From assembly GCF_001194135.2 (NCBI RefSeq), contig NC_068991.1, positions 69,905,508-69,945,411 of the forward strand: 39,904 nucleotides of DNA, read 5' to 3'. The position numbers and the translations under genes are program-made. This document shows, piece by piece, positions 13,540 to 24,970 of the stretch (its first letter is position 1; every line of letters begins with the position of its first letter). A model generated the notes under the pieces. It saw nothing but the letters and a program-made list of their open reading frames with translations, was not told where the DNA came from and did no database searches. The DNA comes from Octopus bimaculoides (taxonomy: Eukaryota).

Positions 13540-13736
13540 TCCTTTTGACTGCAGGCTCAAGGCTTGAAATTTTGGGAGAGGGGACTTGTCTATTATATCG
13601 ATTCCAGTGCGTAACTGGTACTTATTTTATCGAACCCGAAAGGATGAAAGGCGAAGTCGACCGCAGCGGTATTTGAACTTTGATCGTTAAGACAGACGCA
13701 CTGCCCGGATTGCTAACGCTTCTGCCACCTCGCCGC
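13540..13736 (-). mobile_element. SINE family A (tail type 2)
   Basis: The minus strand reads GCGGCGAGGTGGCAGAAGCGTTAGC...AAGTTCAAATACC...GTCGACTTCGCCTTTCATCCTTTCGGGTTCGATAAAATAAGTACCAG...CCCAAAATTTCAAGCCTTG. There is a short deletion in the head. Confidence 0.85.
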
Positions 13737-14931
13737 ATAATAACAACTTGTAGCTGTTCACAAGCAGTGGAATTTTATTATTATTAGTGTTACTATTATT
13801 TCTGTTATCACCATCATCATCATCATCATCATTTACAGCAGGAGTTTCATCACAAATGCCATTTTATTGTAACTGAAACCTCAAACTTTAAAGGTATTAA
13901 TTTTTGTCAGTTACGTCCTACATGATATTTCCACAATCATTTTCCCCCAACGTTTAGAATCTGAGGCAATTTCCAAAAAGTTTTCATGTACACGTACCAA
14001 TAATTTCTATCTTTCCATGTTAGACGATCAATATATTCTTTTTTTAATCATATACGAATATTACTGTCAACAAAATCGTTCTTTTGTCGGCAAAACAAGA
14101 CATATATTTGCACATGCATTTTTCAGTTATATTCATGAGGCATAATACAATATCAATTCCAGTTTATTGAAGTTATAAACTATTGATTAACGTTTATAAA
14201 ATGCTTCAGTTTTTGCTCATTTAAAATGTTATACACTATCATTTTTGCTTTATTTTTCAGTATTTGCTTTTTTTAATTCAAAGAACATTTAAATCTTTAA
14301 TGGACTAAAATTACAAGTAGGTGTATCCTATTTGCATGAGGATAATAGCCAAAGTAAATTAAATATTAGTACTTTAAAGTCGTATGTTCTTTTAAAAATA
14401 CATAATACTTTAGACCTCTTATTGCTGCTCAGTCAGGAATAATTTACGTCTCAGTCGAATGAAGACTGAAACGGGAAATGCTAAATAATATAGTTTTAAT
14501 TGTATTCTATCTATTCTTTCTCTTAGAAAGTCTTTTTATGTTCTGTTTGATCCGAAGTGAAAATCTGCCTAAATGACTTGGAAATTCATTAATTATCTTA
14601 TGAAGAAGTTTCTTATGAACCTGTTCAACTGGGAAAACGTATCATTTCACTTCGCTTTGCTTGTTTACTGCTTTTTTTCTCTCTTTTAATACTACCAATC
14701 CTACTCTGATTGTATTCTCACCTAGTACTCGCAATTATATTTCGCTCATTCAACACTAACATTTTTGCAACACCATATATTTTTTCTTTCATTCTTCAAT
14801 AATTTTTGTCTTTCTTTTACAAATATAATTATTCCATGAATATTTATTCGGTGATTGCCATTTTACTACGTGTGTATATATACATGTCTATGTGTGCCTG
14901 TGAACATATGAATGTGTATATACACATGCTG

Positions 14932-15021
<90 letters not shown>

Positions 15022-15349
15022 TAATGTCATTCACTAAGCAGCTGTGAGTAGAAACCCATAAAGCAATTTCACAATTAGATAATTTTATAAAAACTATCTT
15101 TTTAGATTTAATTAGATTCATAGTATTCCTGAATATATTATTTATCACAAGCATTATTGTTGCAATAATTGCAGAAACGACTTTAGAAGTTCAGGAATGT
15201 TAATACATATATATTTATTATCATAACAACATGAACTATATATTCACGTTTCTGCGCTCATTTATGCGTGCTAATACTGGTCTGTGTTGTGTATGCATGC
15301 GTATGTGTATATGTGTATTTTGTGTTTCATGACAACAGGTGTAATGATT

Positions 15350-16067
15350 ATTCATGATTCAGTGATATCGTCAAAGTTGTTGACCACTTCCTTTATTTCG
15401 GCAATTTGATTCTTAGCGGCGTTAGCTGTGAGTCTGAAGTCCTAAAAAAAAAGAATTGGGCGAGTTGATGCAGTTGTAGACTCACCGAAAGAAAAGGGAT
15501 TTTAGTGCTGTCGATATCTGAACCGGAGGACAAAAGCTCGGGTTTTTAGGCCTCTGTTTCTCCCTGTCCTCCTCTGTTAGACATAGACTCTGTCCGGAGC
15601 CCTTGGGATTCGCTTGAAGTCTTTTGATACGAGAACACACCACCGGAGTGTCCTCGTATAATGATACGAGGACACTCCGGTGGTGTGTTCTCCGGTGGTG
15701 TATTCTCGTGAGATTTAGTATAAAAAAAAAAACGACTATGCTCACAGACATAGATACGTCCAGTTACGAGCATTACTCGGGACCGCCAGCTCAGGCTGTT
15801 TTGTCATGTATATAGATTTACCAAGTTAGACCCTGTTTACTGTATTCTCTTCACTGAGGCTGCGACTGGGTTGACAGCTCGTGTTGATCGACCACACACC
15901 TCATGGTCACAGCAGATGAGGAGGTATATCGCTGAGATGGGTAGCTTACTGGAACTCTGCTCGGCTGGTCACCGTGGAAGACCCGGAAATATACAGACAA
16001 ATGGTGAATGCAGCAACACAAAGCAACGGCACATATCCCCTTACTTGACCTGACTTGGCCTAAGTGA
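15350..16067 (+). mobile_element. RTE-clade LINE, 5'-truncated ORF2 C-terminal fragment (pseudogenised)
   Basis: Successive degenerate RTE motifs: DIVKVVDHFLYFGN (YLGS-like, from 15364), RRTKARVFRPLFLPVLL..T*TLS (cf. TK..IF...VLPVLLYG.ETWTL), IRPVTSITRDRQLRLFCHVYR (cf. RQLRWFGHV.R) and DRPHTSWSQQMRRYIAEMG (cf. GRP...W). The stop is at 16051-53 and is followed by a TGACC/TGACT short-repeat tail. Frameshifts and stops are present. Confidence 0.88.
15626..15709. repeat. Perfect 29-bp inverted repeat with 4-nt loop plus a duplicated partial right arm
   Basis: 15631-15659 GAGAACACACCACCGGAGTGTCCTCGTAT is the exact reverse complement of 15664-15692. 15693-15709 is a second inverted copy of 15629-15645 (16/17). 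Confidence 0.95.
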
Positions 16068-16836
16068 TATTGTACTGCGAGTGAGCGCGCGTGTGTGTGT
16101 TTGCATGCGTGTGCATGGGTGTTTTTCTGTGTAGTTTAAAGAGTCCAGCATAATTTGAGATATAATCACATCAAAATGTACATGAATAACATCGAGATGT
16201 GGTGTTGTGATTCTACGAATAAGTTCTACCTGTATAAAACGACACCAGTAACCTAACCAGCCGGAACAGGATGATGGTGTGGATTTGAATTATTACTGAT
16301 TATATATACTACCGAAGGAATGTCAAAAGTTATATTATTGAGCATATCTTAGAAACTAAATGCTTCAGAATTCTTTATCAAATTATCTTTAGCGAGGGAT
16401 ATTGTAAAAATATTTCGGACATTAATGACTTTTCTAATATAATATACATCGTTAATGAGAATTGGTTTCACTCCACTCCTATGCACTTTCCAGGGCTATG
16501 AATATAAATTTAGTTTCCAACTTAATGACATACGCTTCGTTTCCGGAATTATATGATATATATGTTACGTCTTTGATTTCCCTTCAACTGTTGATTTCAC
16601 GTGAATGAAGTTCAAAACACACACACACACACACACANNNNNNNNNNNNNNNNNNNNNNNNNNNNNNNNNNNNNNNNNNNNNNNNNNNNNNNNNNNNNNN
16701 NNNNNNNNNNNNNNNNNNNNNNNNNNNNNATATATATATATATATATATAAACATCTTAATAATTATTTATATAATTGTTAAAATATTTGTAAAATTTAC
16801 CTGTGAGGTGAATATATATACCCATACATCTGTACT

Positions 16837-16970
16837 ATGGGATTCTTTCAGTTTCCGTCTACCGAATCCACTCACAAGACACTGGCCCAAGATGCCACAC
16901 AGTAGGACTGCAACTGGAACAATCTGGCTCAGAAGTAAGCTTCTTACCAAAAAGCCATGCCTGAGCCTAT
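16837..16970 (-). mobile_element. SINE family B head fragment with internal deletion
   Basis: TTCTTTCAGTTTCCGTCTACCGAATCCACTCACAAG|ACACTGGCCCAAG...GCCATGCCTGAGCCTA aligns to 37545-37703 with a 30-nt gap. Confidence 0.8.
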
Positions 16971-17026
16971 ATGTGCGTGTGCGTGTGTATATGTGTGTGT
17001 GTGTGTGTGTTTGTGTGTGTATGTGT

Positions 17027-17029
17027 ATT

Positions 17030-17093
<64 letters not shown>
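17027..17093. repeat. (TTA)n microsatellite
   Basis: Direct reading. Confidence 0.95.
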
Positions 17094-17094
<1 letters not shown>

Positions 17095-17107
17095 CGATAA
17101 TATTGAT

Positions 17108-17202
17108 CAGAAGCAAGAGAGTGACTAAACGGCCGGGAGTTTCGTGAGTTTGCACTTATCAAGCTGGTCTGGTGATTTCCTTGAGTCACTCTGTTGCTCC
17201 TG
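17108..17202. other. 95-nt GC-richer island with 19-bp imperfect terminal inverted repeats (possible MITE or hairpin)
   Basis: CAGAAGCAAGAGAGTGACT (17108-17126) matches the reverse complement of 17184-17202 (CAGGAGCAACAGAGTGACT) at 17/19 positions. No target-site duplication is evident. Confidence 0.5.
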
Positions 17203-17344
17203 CAAATAATTAATAAAATATATATATATATATATATACTCATATTTTGAGTTGTATTTTTCCTGTTTGCTTCACCAAGCATTCATATACCTATCTATAT
17301 ACATACATGCGTACATACATACATGCATACATACATACCTTCGT

Positions 17345-17435
<91 letters not shown>

Positions 17436-17958
17436 NNNNNNNNNNNNNNNNNNNNNNNNNNNNNNNNNNNNNNNNNNNNNNNNNNNNNNNNNNNNNNNNN
17501 NNNNNNNNNNNNNNNNNNNNNNNNNNNNNNNNNNNNNNNNNNNNNNNNNNNNNNNNNNNNNNNNNNNNNNNNNNNNNNNNNNNNNNNNNNNNNNNNNNNN
17601 NNNNNNNNNNNNNNNNNNNNNNNNNNNNNNNNNNNNNNNNNNNNNNNNNNNNNNNNNNNNNNNNNNNNNNNNNNNNNNNNNNNNNNNNNNNNNNNNNNNN
17701 NNNNNNNNNNNNNNNNNNNNNNNNNNNNNNNNNNNNNNNNNNNNNNNNNNNNNNNNNNNNNNNNNNNNNNNNNNNNNNNNNNNNNNNNNNNNNNNNNNNN
17801 NNNNNNNNNNNNNNNNNNNNNNNNNNNNNNNNNNNNNNNNNNNNNNNNNNNNNNNNNNNNNNNNNNNNNNNNNNNNNNNNNNNNNNNNNNNNNNNNNNNN
17901 NNNNNNNNNNNNNNNNNNNNNNNNNNNNNNNNNNNNNNNNNNNNNNNNNNNNNNNNNN

Positions 17959-18041
<83 letters not shown>

Positions 18042-18664
18042 ATCTATACACATGGTTTCTACATAAAGCGTCATACCAAATGTTTCATAAGCGGTTTGCA
18101 TTGAAATTTTAATAAATTTGATTAGTACGATATTCACTGAAACCCATATTAAAATTTATTTTCGCTAAAATAGAAATTGAAGGAAAATACAAATATAAAA
18201 ATAAAAATTGAATGCTTGCGCAAAAAGTAGATGTAAATACGTAATTTTAATATAATATTGAAAATATTTCTAAATTTAATTATGTTAAATTACATTAAAA
18301 GAATATTTAGTCAAAATTCCATTTATGAATAAAAAATCAACAAAACTTCATTGTAGGTCAGAATATTAACTGGAAAATGAAACCGAAATAAAATAATTAT
18401 GATTTAACATCATATATTCTTACTAATAGACACGCTCACACATTTCCAACTCACACACGCATCTACAGACACATATATATCTACGTATCAGCTTTGGATG
18501 AGTGCGATTTGTGCCTGTTTATGCATGCTTGTTACTCTTTATGTATATGTTTATATAAATATATAAGTATAGATGTGTGTTGTTTATTCACCGTTTTGTT
18601 TTCCTGTCTCGTTTTCCGTCCGCCACTACCTTCCACGAAAATAATTTAATTTGTGTTCGTGGGA

Positions 18665-18865
18665 AGAACCATTTCACGATGCGTGCTGCCTTATTCTTCG
18701 AAACGCCGGTGCTTTAATGGTGGCAGCTGATGAAGGAGATGCTTCTATGTGGCTTGCTTGTTTGTTGTACCTTGTTTATCATTTTGTCCATGTTCTTTTG
18801 CCACGTCATGTACCCGGTTATGTATCTATATGTACATGTAGATGAAGGTATGTACATACATGTAC
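18665..18865 (+). mobile_element. Dispersed repeat, possibly a Penelope-like element terminal repeat fragment
   Basis: Homologous to the reverse complement of 24971-25118 (ACGCCGGTG...GCTGATGAAG...TCTATGTGGCT...TGTACCC...GGTATG.ACATAC.TGTAC). It carries CGAAACG and CTGATGA motifs. Repeat status is strong; the Penelope assignment is inference. Confidence 0.55.
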
Positions 18866-19474
18866 ATATATATGCATATACTCANNNNNNNNNNNNNNNN
18901 NNNNNNNNNNNNNNNNNNNNNNNNNNNNNNNNNNNNNNNNNNNNNNNNNNNNNNNNNNNNNNNNNNNNNNNNNNNNNNNNNNNNNNNNNNNNNNNNNNNN
19001 NNNNNNNNNNNNNNNNNNNNNNNNNNNNNNNNNNNNNNNNNNNNNNNNNNNNNNNNNNNNNNNNNNNNNNNNNNNNNNNNNNNNNNNNNNNNNNNNNNNN
19101 NNNNNNNNNNNNNNNNNNNNNNNNNNNNNNNNNNNNNNNNNNNNNNNNNNNNNNNNNNNNNNNNNNNNNNNNNNNNNNNNNNNNNNNNNNNNNNNNNNNN
19201 NNNNNNNNNNNNNNNNNNNNNNNNNNNNNNNNNNNNNNNNNNNNNNNNNNNNNNNNNNNNNNNNNNNNNNNNNNNNNNNNNNNNNNNNNNNNNNNNNNNN
19301 NNNNNNNNNNNNNNNNNNNNNNNNNNNNNNNNNNNNNNNNNNNNNNNNNNNNNNNNNNNNNNNNNNNNNNNNNNNNNNNNNNNNNNNNNNNNNNNNNNNN
19401 NNNNNNNNNNNNNNNNNNNNNNNNNNNNNNNNNNNNNNNNNNNNNNNNNNNNNNNNNNNNNNNNNNNNNNNNNN

Positions 19475-19511
<37 letters not shown>

Positions 19512-20133
19512 AAAATATATACATATATAATGAATGTTTATATAATATATATATATATATATACTGTTTTCAAATGGATTACAAACAGGAAGTAACATTC
19601 ACTTCTAGAGTCAAATTTAAATACGATAGCTATCGGAGATACAATGGTTTCGATGCAGAGTGAGTAGCAGCTTATTTGACTGGCCGTTGGTTTGTACATG
19701 TATGACAAAAAACAATAACAAGAACCGCAACGTGTTTTTGTTTTTCAATATTCACTCAGGGTTCGCAAAAACTTTGGGGACAACAAGAACACTATCTATC
19801 TGTCTGCGTATACCTAATCTATTATTTACAGATGTAGGTGTGCTGATATAAAATATGCATTAGTAATCATCTTTCGCTTTCCATATAAACGAAAACCCAA
19901 AGCCGAAGCATCATTCAGATTTTCTGTTGAATCCGTTCATCGTGTCTATGATTTTCAACATTAATGTTTTGTGTTTGATTATTTTTCTGTTGTTTTTTTT
20001 TTCGTACTTGTTTATTTTCCATTGTTGTTCATTTGTGATCCCATATATCTATAAGCAAAATGGAAGACGTACTAACAACATCCTCATACGCTTTATGCTG
20101 TTGTTTATTTTTCTTTTCCTTTGTGTGTGTGTA

Positions 20134-20165
<32 letters not shown>

Positions 20166-20193
20166 CATGTGCATGTGTGTGTGNNNNNNNNNN

Positions 20194-20230
<37 letters not shown>

Positions 20231-23070
20231 TAAAATAAAACAATGCATACCCCTGTTCTATTTCTTTATTGTTAGCTTCGTTTAAATTCTTTTCTTTTGT
20301 TATATAGTTTCTAGTGCAATACGCCTCCTGAAATGAAACAAGCGATTTACTAACTTGATCAAGAGATTCGGGGTAGACAGACACAAGATAGACGGATGGG
20401 TACCGGAAGCGTCAATAATAATATTATGAACTATCTGGAAGGTGTTTTTTTCTGTCTTTATTTCCTTCTTTTCACCTTGCTTTCTTGTATTCTAGATTTA
20501 TCTCCTTAGAGATAGCGGTCAACGTGTAAGTTATAAACGGCAAATCGACTCGAAGTAATCAGAAGACACATCAATGGCCGTCAGCCATCTTACAGATTGA
20601 AACAAACGTTTTTTATTGTTTTGTTTATATGGTTTCTGCTTAGATTTATCAGTTACAACAGATGAGATTGTCGACACAAACGAAAGAGGTTTGCGATGCA
20701 GTATTTTAGTGGTTTTATTTCTTTCTCCTCCTGCTTATAGCTTACTTGTTTATTCAATGATTTAACGTAATTTTCATTTTCTCTCAGCCAAACAAAATCT
20801 TACTTGAAGGTTTTCTCGACATTTTTTTGCTAACTATAAATATATACTTTTTTTTTTGATTATTTGTTTCATATCTTTCTTTTTTAATGTTTCCTTGTAG
20901 TTAGACAGGTATATGTCGGAGTGTACGTATAAGAAAATATAGCAGGGGAAATATATATAAAAGTACAAAAAAAAAATTAGTTAATGGATTTAGCTGACCA
21001 AGCGAAGGCTTGAAGATGCTTCTAGCTATTTCTAGGAATTTTTCTTTTTTTACTTTGTTTCCTGTATGTGTTTGCTTTAAACTTATTATTAGCAAACATG
21101 ATTACTCAGTTTCTTGTTTTGTTTTTTTCTTTTTTACTTGTTTATTTTTTTTTATTTCTTGTTTTGACTCTATCAATGGACGTTGATATCACGATTCAAA
21201 ATGGCCAAAATTACTTTAAGAAAGTAAAGATCTGATAAGCACATACTCACGCATACGCACCCATGAATATTAGTGCTGGAGCATATATATATGCGTATGT
21301 AGGTAGGTGTGAGCGCGTGTATGTGTGCGTATTAAATGATTTTACATACATGAATACATACACACACACATATATATATGTGTGTGTGTGTATGTACATA
21401 TATATATATATATGCATATATAAATATATATGTACATACATACATATAAATATATATTTGTGCATATACTGATGTATATATATNNNNNNNNNNNNNNNNN
21501 NNNNNNNNNNNNNNNNNNNNNNNNNNNNNNNNNNNNNNNNNNNNNNNNNNNNNNNNNNNNNNNNNNNNNNNNNNNNNNNNNNNNNNNNNNNNNNNNNNNN
21601 NNNNNNNNNNNNNNNNNNNNNNNNNNNNNNNNNNNNNNNNNNNNNNNNNNNNNNNNNNNNNNNNNNNNNNNNNNNNNNNNNNNNNNNNNNNNNNNNNNNN
21701 NNNNNNNNNNNNNNNNNNNNNNNNNNNNNNNNNNNNNNNNNNNNNNNNNNNNNNNNNNNNNNNNNNNNNNNNNNNNNNNNNNNNNNNNNNNNNNNNNNNN
21801 NNNNNNNNNNNNNNNNNNNNNNNNNNNNNNNNNNNNNNNNNNNNNNNNNNNNNNNNNNNNNNNNNNNNNNNNNNNNNNNNNNNNNNNNNNNNNNNNNNNN
21901 NNNNNNNNNNNNNNNNNNNNNNNNNNNNNNNNNNNNNNNNNNNNNNNNNNNNNNNNNNNNNNNNNNNNNNNNNNNNNNNNNNNNNNNNNNNNNNNNNNNN
22001 NNNNNNNNNNNNNNNNNNNNNNNNNNNNNNNNNNNNNNNNNNNNNNNNNNNNNNNNNNNNNNNNNNNNNNNNNNNNNNNNNNNNNNNNNNNNATATATAT
22101 ATATATATATATATATATATACGTGTATTCGCTTATTTCATTCATGCATATTTCCATAGAGAAAGGTAGATATATATTTATACATTGAAAAACTCGGCGG
22201 TTATTTGTGCATGCAGGAATATAGTGGATATATCGCTTACAGTCAGTGTGTAAAGGGATCATTGTAATAGAAATATAATCACATCGGTACAAGCATCGAT
22301 GGAAAAATATATTTGGGAATGTGGTACGAAATATCTTATGAACAAAGCTGCAATTTTTGTAGATCCAGCTGTAAAGGAAGACCTTTCTTTCATTATAGCC
22401 AGTTTACGATAAAATATTCGGATATGTCACTGTTCATCGATTTTAGAAGCCTTGTTAACTTTCTAAAGTTCCCAAAGTCTATAATGAAAGCCAAAATCCA
22501 CCCAGCATGTATTGCCTCTTTGATCACCTCCTCGAAATTAAATACACGGAATCAATGTATTAGGAGTATATTTCTATGAAATCATCTTTGTCTGATTTTG
22601 GTTTACTTGCAGTGAAGTATATAATACTCGTTTTTTAATGAAAAAATCAGAACACATATGTATGGTTCTAAGAAAAAAGTGAACACTAAATTGACATATA
22701 GCTTTTTGGTGGACAGCATAGGTTAAAAGTATAAAGTATATGCCAACGGTATATGAAGATGATTTAGTTAACTTTTTTTTTTAAAGAGCTATGCAATTGT
22801 GATTTGGTTAAATTAAATGTTCCTATCTGATCGTAAAATATGGAAATTAAACCAATTCTAGCCAATTCTAGTAGCATCTCTTTCAATGGCCTTACCACCT
22901 CTCTAGTATCATATCAGGGACCATTTGGGTGGGGTTTGTATAATTGTAAGGAAGTGAGTGTATTGTTGAAATATCACTCTTCACTAACAATAATGTTTGG
23001 AAGATATCTCTGTGGGTAACCCTGGAACTTATACTGGTGTAATTTACCCTGGTTGGCAGATTACATCATT

Positions 23071-23101
23071 TCCCACTGGACAGGACGCCGGTCCATTGCA
23101 G
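23071..23101 (-). mobile_element. Short V-SINE-domain-like fragment
   Basis: The minus strand reads CTGCAATGGACCGGCGTCCTGTCCAGTGGGA, which resembles the V-domain core as I recall it (CTGCGATGGACTGGCGTCCTGTCCAGGG). Only about 30 nt are recognisable. Confidence 0.35.
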
Positions 23102-23734
23102 TGATAATGCAGTTTTCGGAAATCTCTGAATACAATAAATGCAAAGACTGCTTTGTCTTTGTTCAAAATAACATTTGGGTTACTAGATTAAGCATTTCAT
23201 AAGGTCCCAGCCTTTACTATTTAAAACCTGACAACTACTATTCACTACCGAAAATTTCCTCAACAATATTTTATGTATCTTCTCAATGAAAAAACGAGGC
23301 TGCTTTGAATGCATGTGAATGCTGCATCATATTTCAGAGCATCTATTCATCCCCCACAATCGAAAAGCATCCACAGAAGAAATATGAAAGCATAAGACAA
23401 AAAAAAAAAATCCTGAGAGTTGGTGAGGGGGGTCATCTGAAAGTATTCCTTGAGTGATGATCGGAATATTTGTCGAGTGGAAATGTATAGCTATATTGCA
23501 ACAGAATATCTGACGAAAGGGTATCTCAACTGACTAAACATGTACAATTATATTAATCTGTTTTGGACACCGAAATCTTTTACATTACTTGTCATTTTGA
23601 AGTGCCTGCATATGTGATCCATTAACTTATTACATTCCAATGCCGTTTGACATTCATATTAAAGCAATATATAATATCCTTAGGAATGATTGCTTTGGGT
23701 TAAATATAGAAAATAGCTCTGCTGTTAAATACAT

Positions 23735-24091
23735 GTTGGCACTCCGTCGGTTACGACGTCGAGGGTTCCAGCTGATCCAATCAACGGAACAGCCTGCTCG
23801 TGAAATTAACGTGCAAGTGGCTGAGCACTCCACAGACACGTGTACCCTTAACGAAGTTCTCGGGGATATTCAGCGTGACAAGGCTGACCCTTTGAATTAC
23901 AGGCACAACAGAAACATGAAGTAAGAGCGAGAGGAAGTTGTGGTGAATGAGTACAGCAGGGTTCGCCACCATCCCCTGCCGGAGCCTCGTGGAGCTTTAG
24001 GTGTTTTCGCTCAATAAACACTCACAACACCCGGTTTGGGAATCGAATCCGGGAGTCCGCTGCCCTAACCACTGGGCCATTCCGCCTCCAC
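23735..24091 (-). mobile_element. SINE family C, both ends intact, with 13-bp target-site duplication
   Basis: The minus strand begins GTGGAGGCGGAATGGCCCAGTGGTTAGG (A box TGGCCCAGTGG) and has GGATTCGATTCC (B box). It is flanked by the identical CTGTTAAATACAT at 23722-23734 and 24091-24103; the first C overlaps the element end. Confidence 0.93.
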
Positions 24092-24808
24092 TGTTAAATA
24101 CATAAATAATGCATTATAAGCTAAAGTGATATTAGTGGAATATTCCAATAAAAATTTTGGCCAAGACTAAAATCAGCAGCCCTGGTATAGTTGTTCGGAC
24201 AGAATAAAAGTATATTCATATAATTTCTTTAGCGTATCGTAGCTAAGTGAAATAAAAAAAAAAGATAACAAACCAAAAATTAAAACCAATTGGTCAACAA
24301 ATAAGATTAATCGAAGAGAAGAAAAAATTAAATAAATGAACAAAGAATGTAATAGATAAGATAATAGATTTTTGTGTCTCCAGAAACATACGTCTAATAA
24401 ATAGATAGTGTCCGCTCCTCAAAGTGGCTGACCACACGGTTCCGTACCTGGAATGTAATTTGATAATGCTATGAAAGATCTAATATCTCGGGATAATTGT
24501 CGGGAGATTTTTCCTCCAACAATTGATTTACTCGCGTAATGCTAGTAAAAATATTTACTGAGATCTCCCACTCTTGCGCACACACAACCACAGACACATT
24601 AAACTAACTTCTTTGCTAAGATGTGTTTTTTATGAATGATCATTTAAGAAATCAAGACAATAATCAAAATTATATAGAATATTCTCCCTCTCTCTGCTCT
24701 GTCTCTCCTCTCTATCCCACTCCTCTTTTTCTTTCTCTCTTCTCTTTCCTTCTATCTCCTCTCTCTTTCCTCTCTTCCTCGCTTTCCTTCCTTTCTCTCC
24801 TCTCACTC

Positions 24809-24865
<57 letters not shown>

Positions 24866-24903
24866 TTATATAAATATGTATACATATATGTATGTATATA
24901 TAC

Positions 24904-24945
<42 letters not shown>

Positions 24946-24970
24946 AAAAGTAAATGAGTATATGCATATA

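Noticed and set aside
22313-22579. 88-aa ORF and adjacent partly open minus-strand frames
   Set aside because: No recognisable domain in any frame I translated.
23640-23924. 94-aa protein-like ORF
   Set aside because: It mostly reads antisense through SINE-C, which is bounded by a TSD.
24030-24091. tRNA gene call for SINE heads (also at 6860-6943, 35487-35575 and 37630-37703)
   Set aside because: A and B boxes are present, but there is no complete cloverleaf or poly-T terminator and each head continues into a SINE body.
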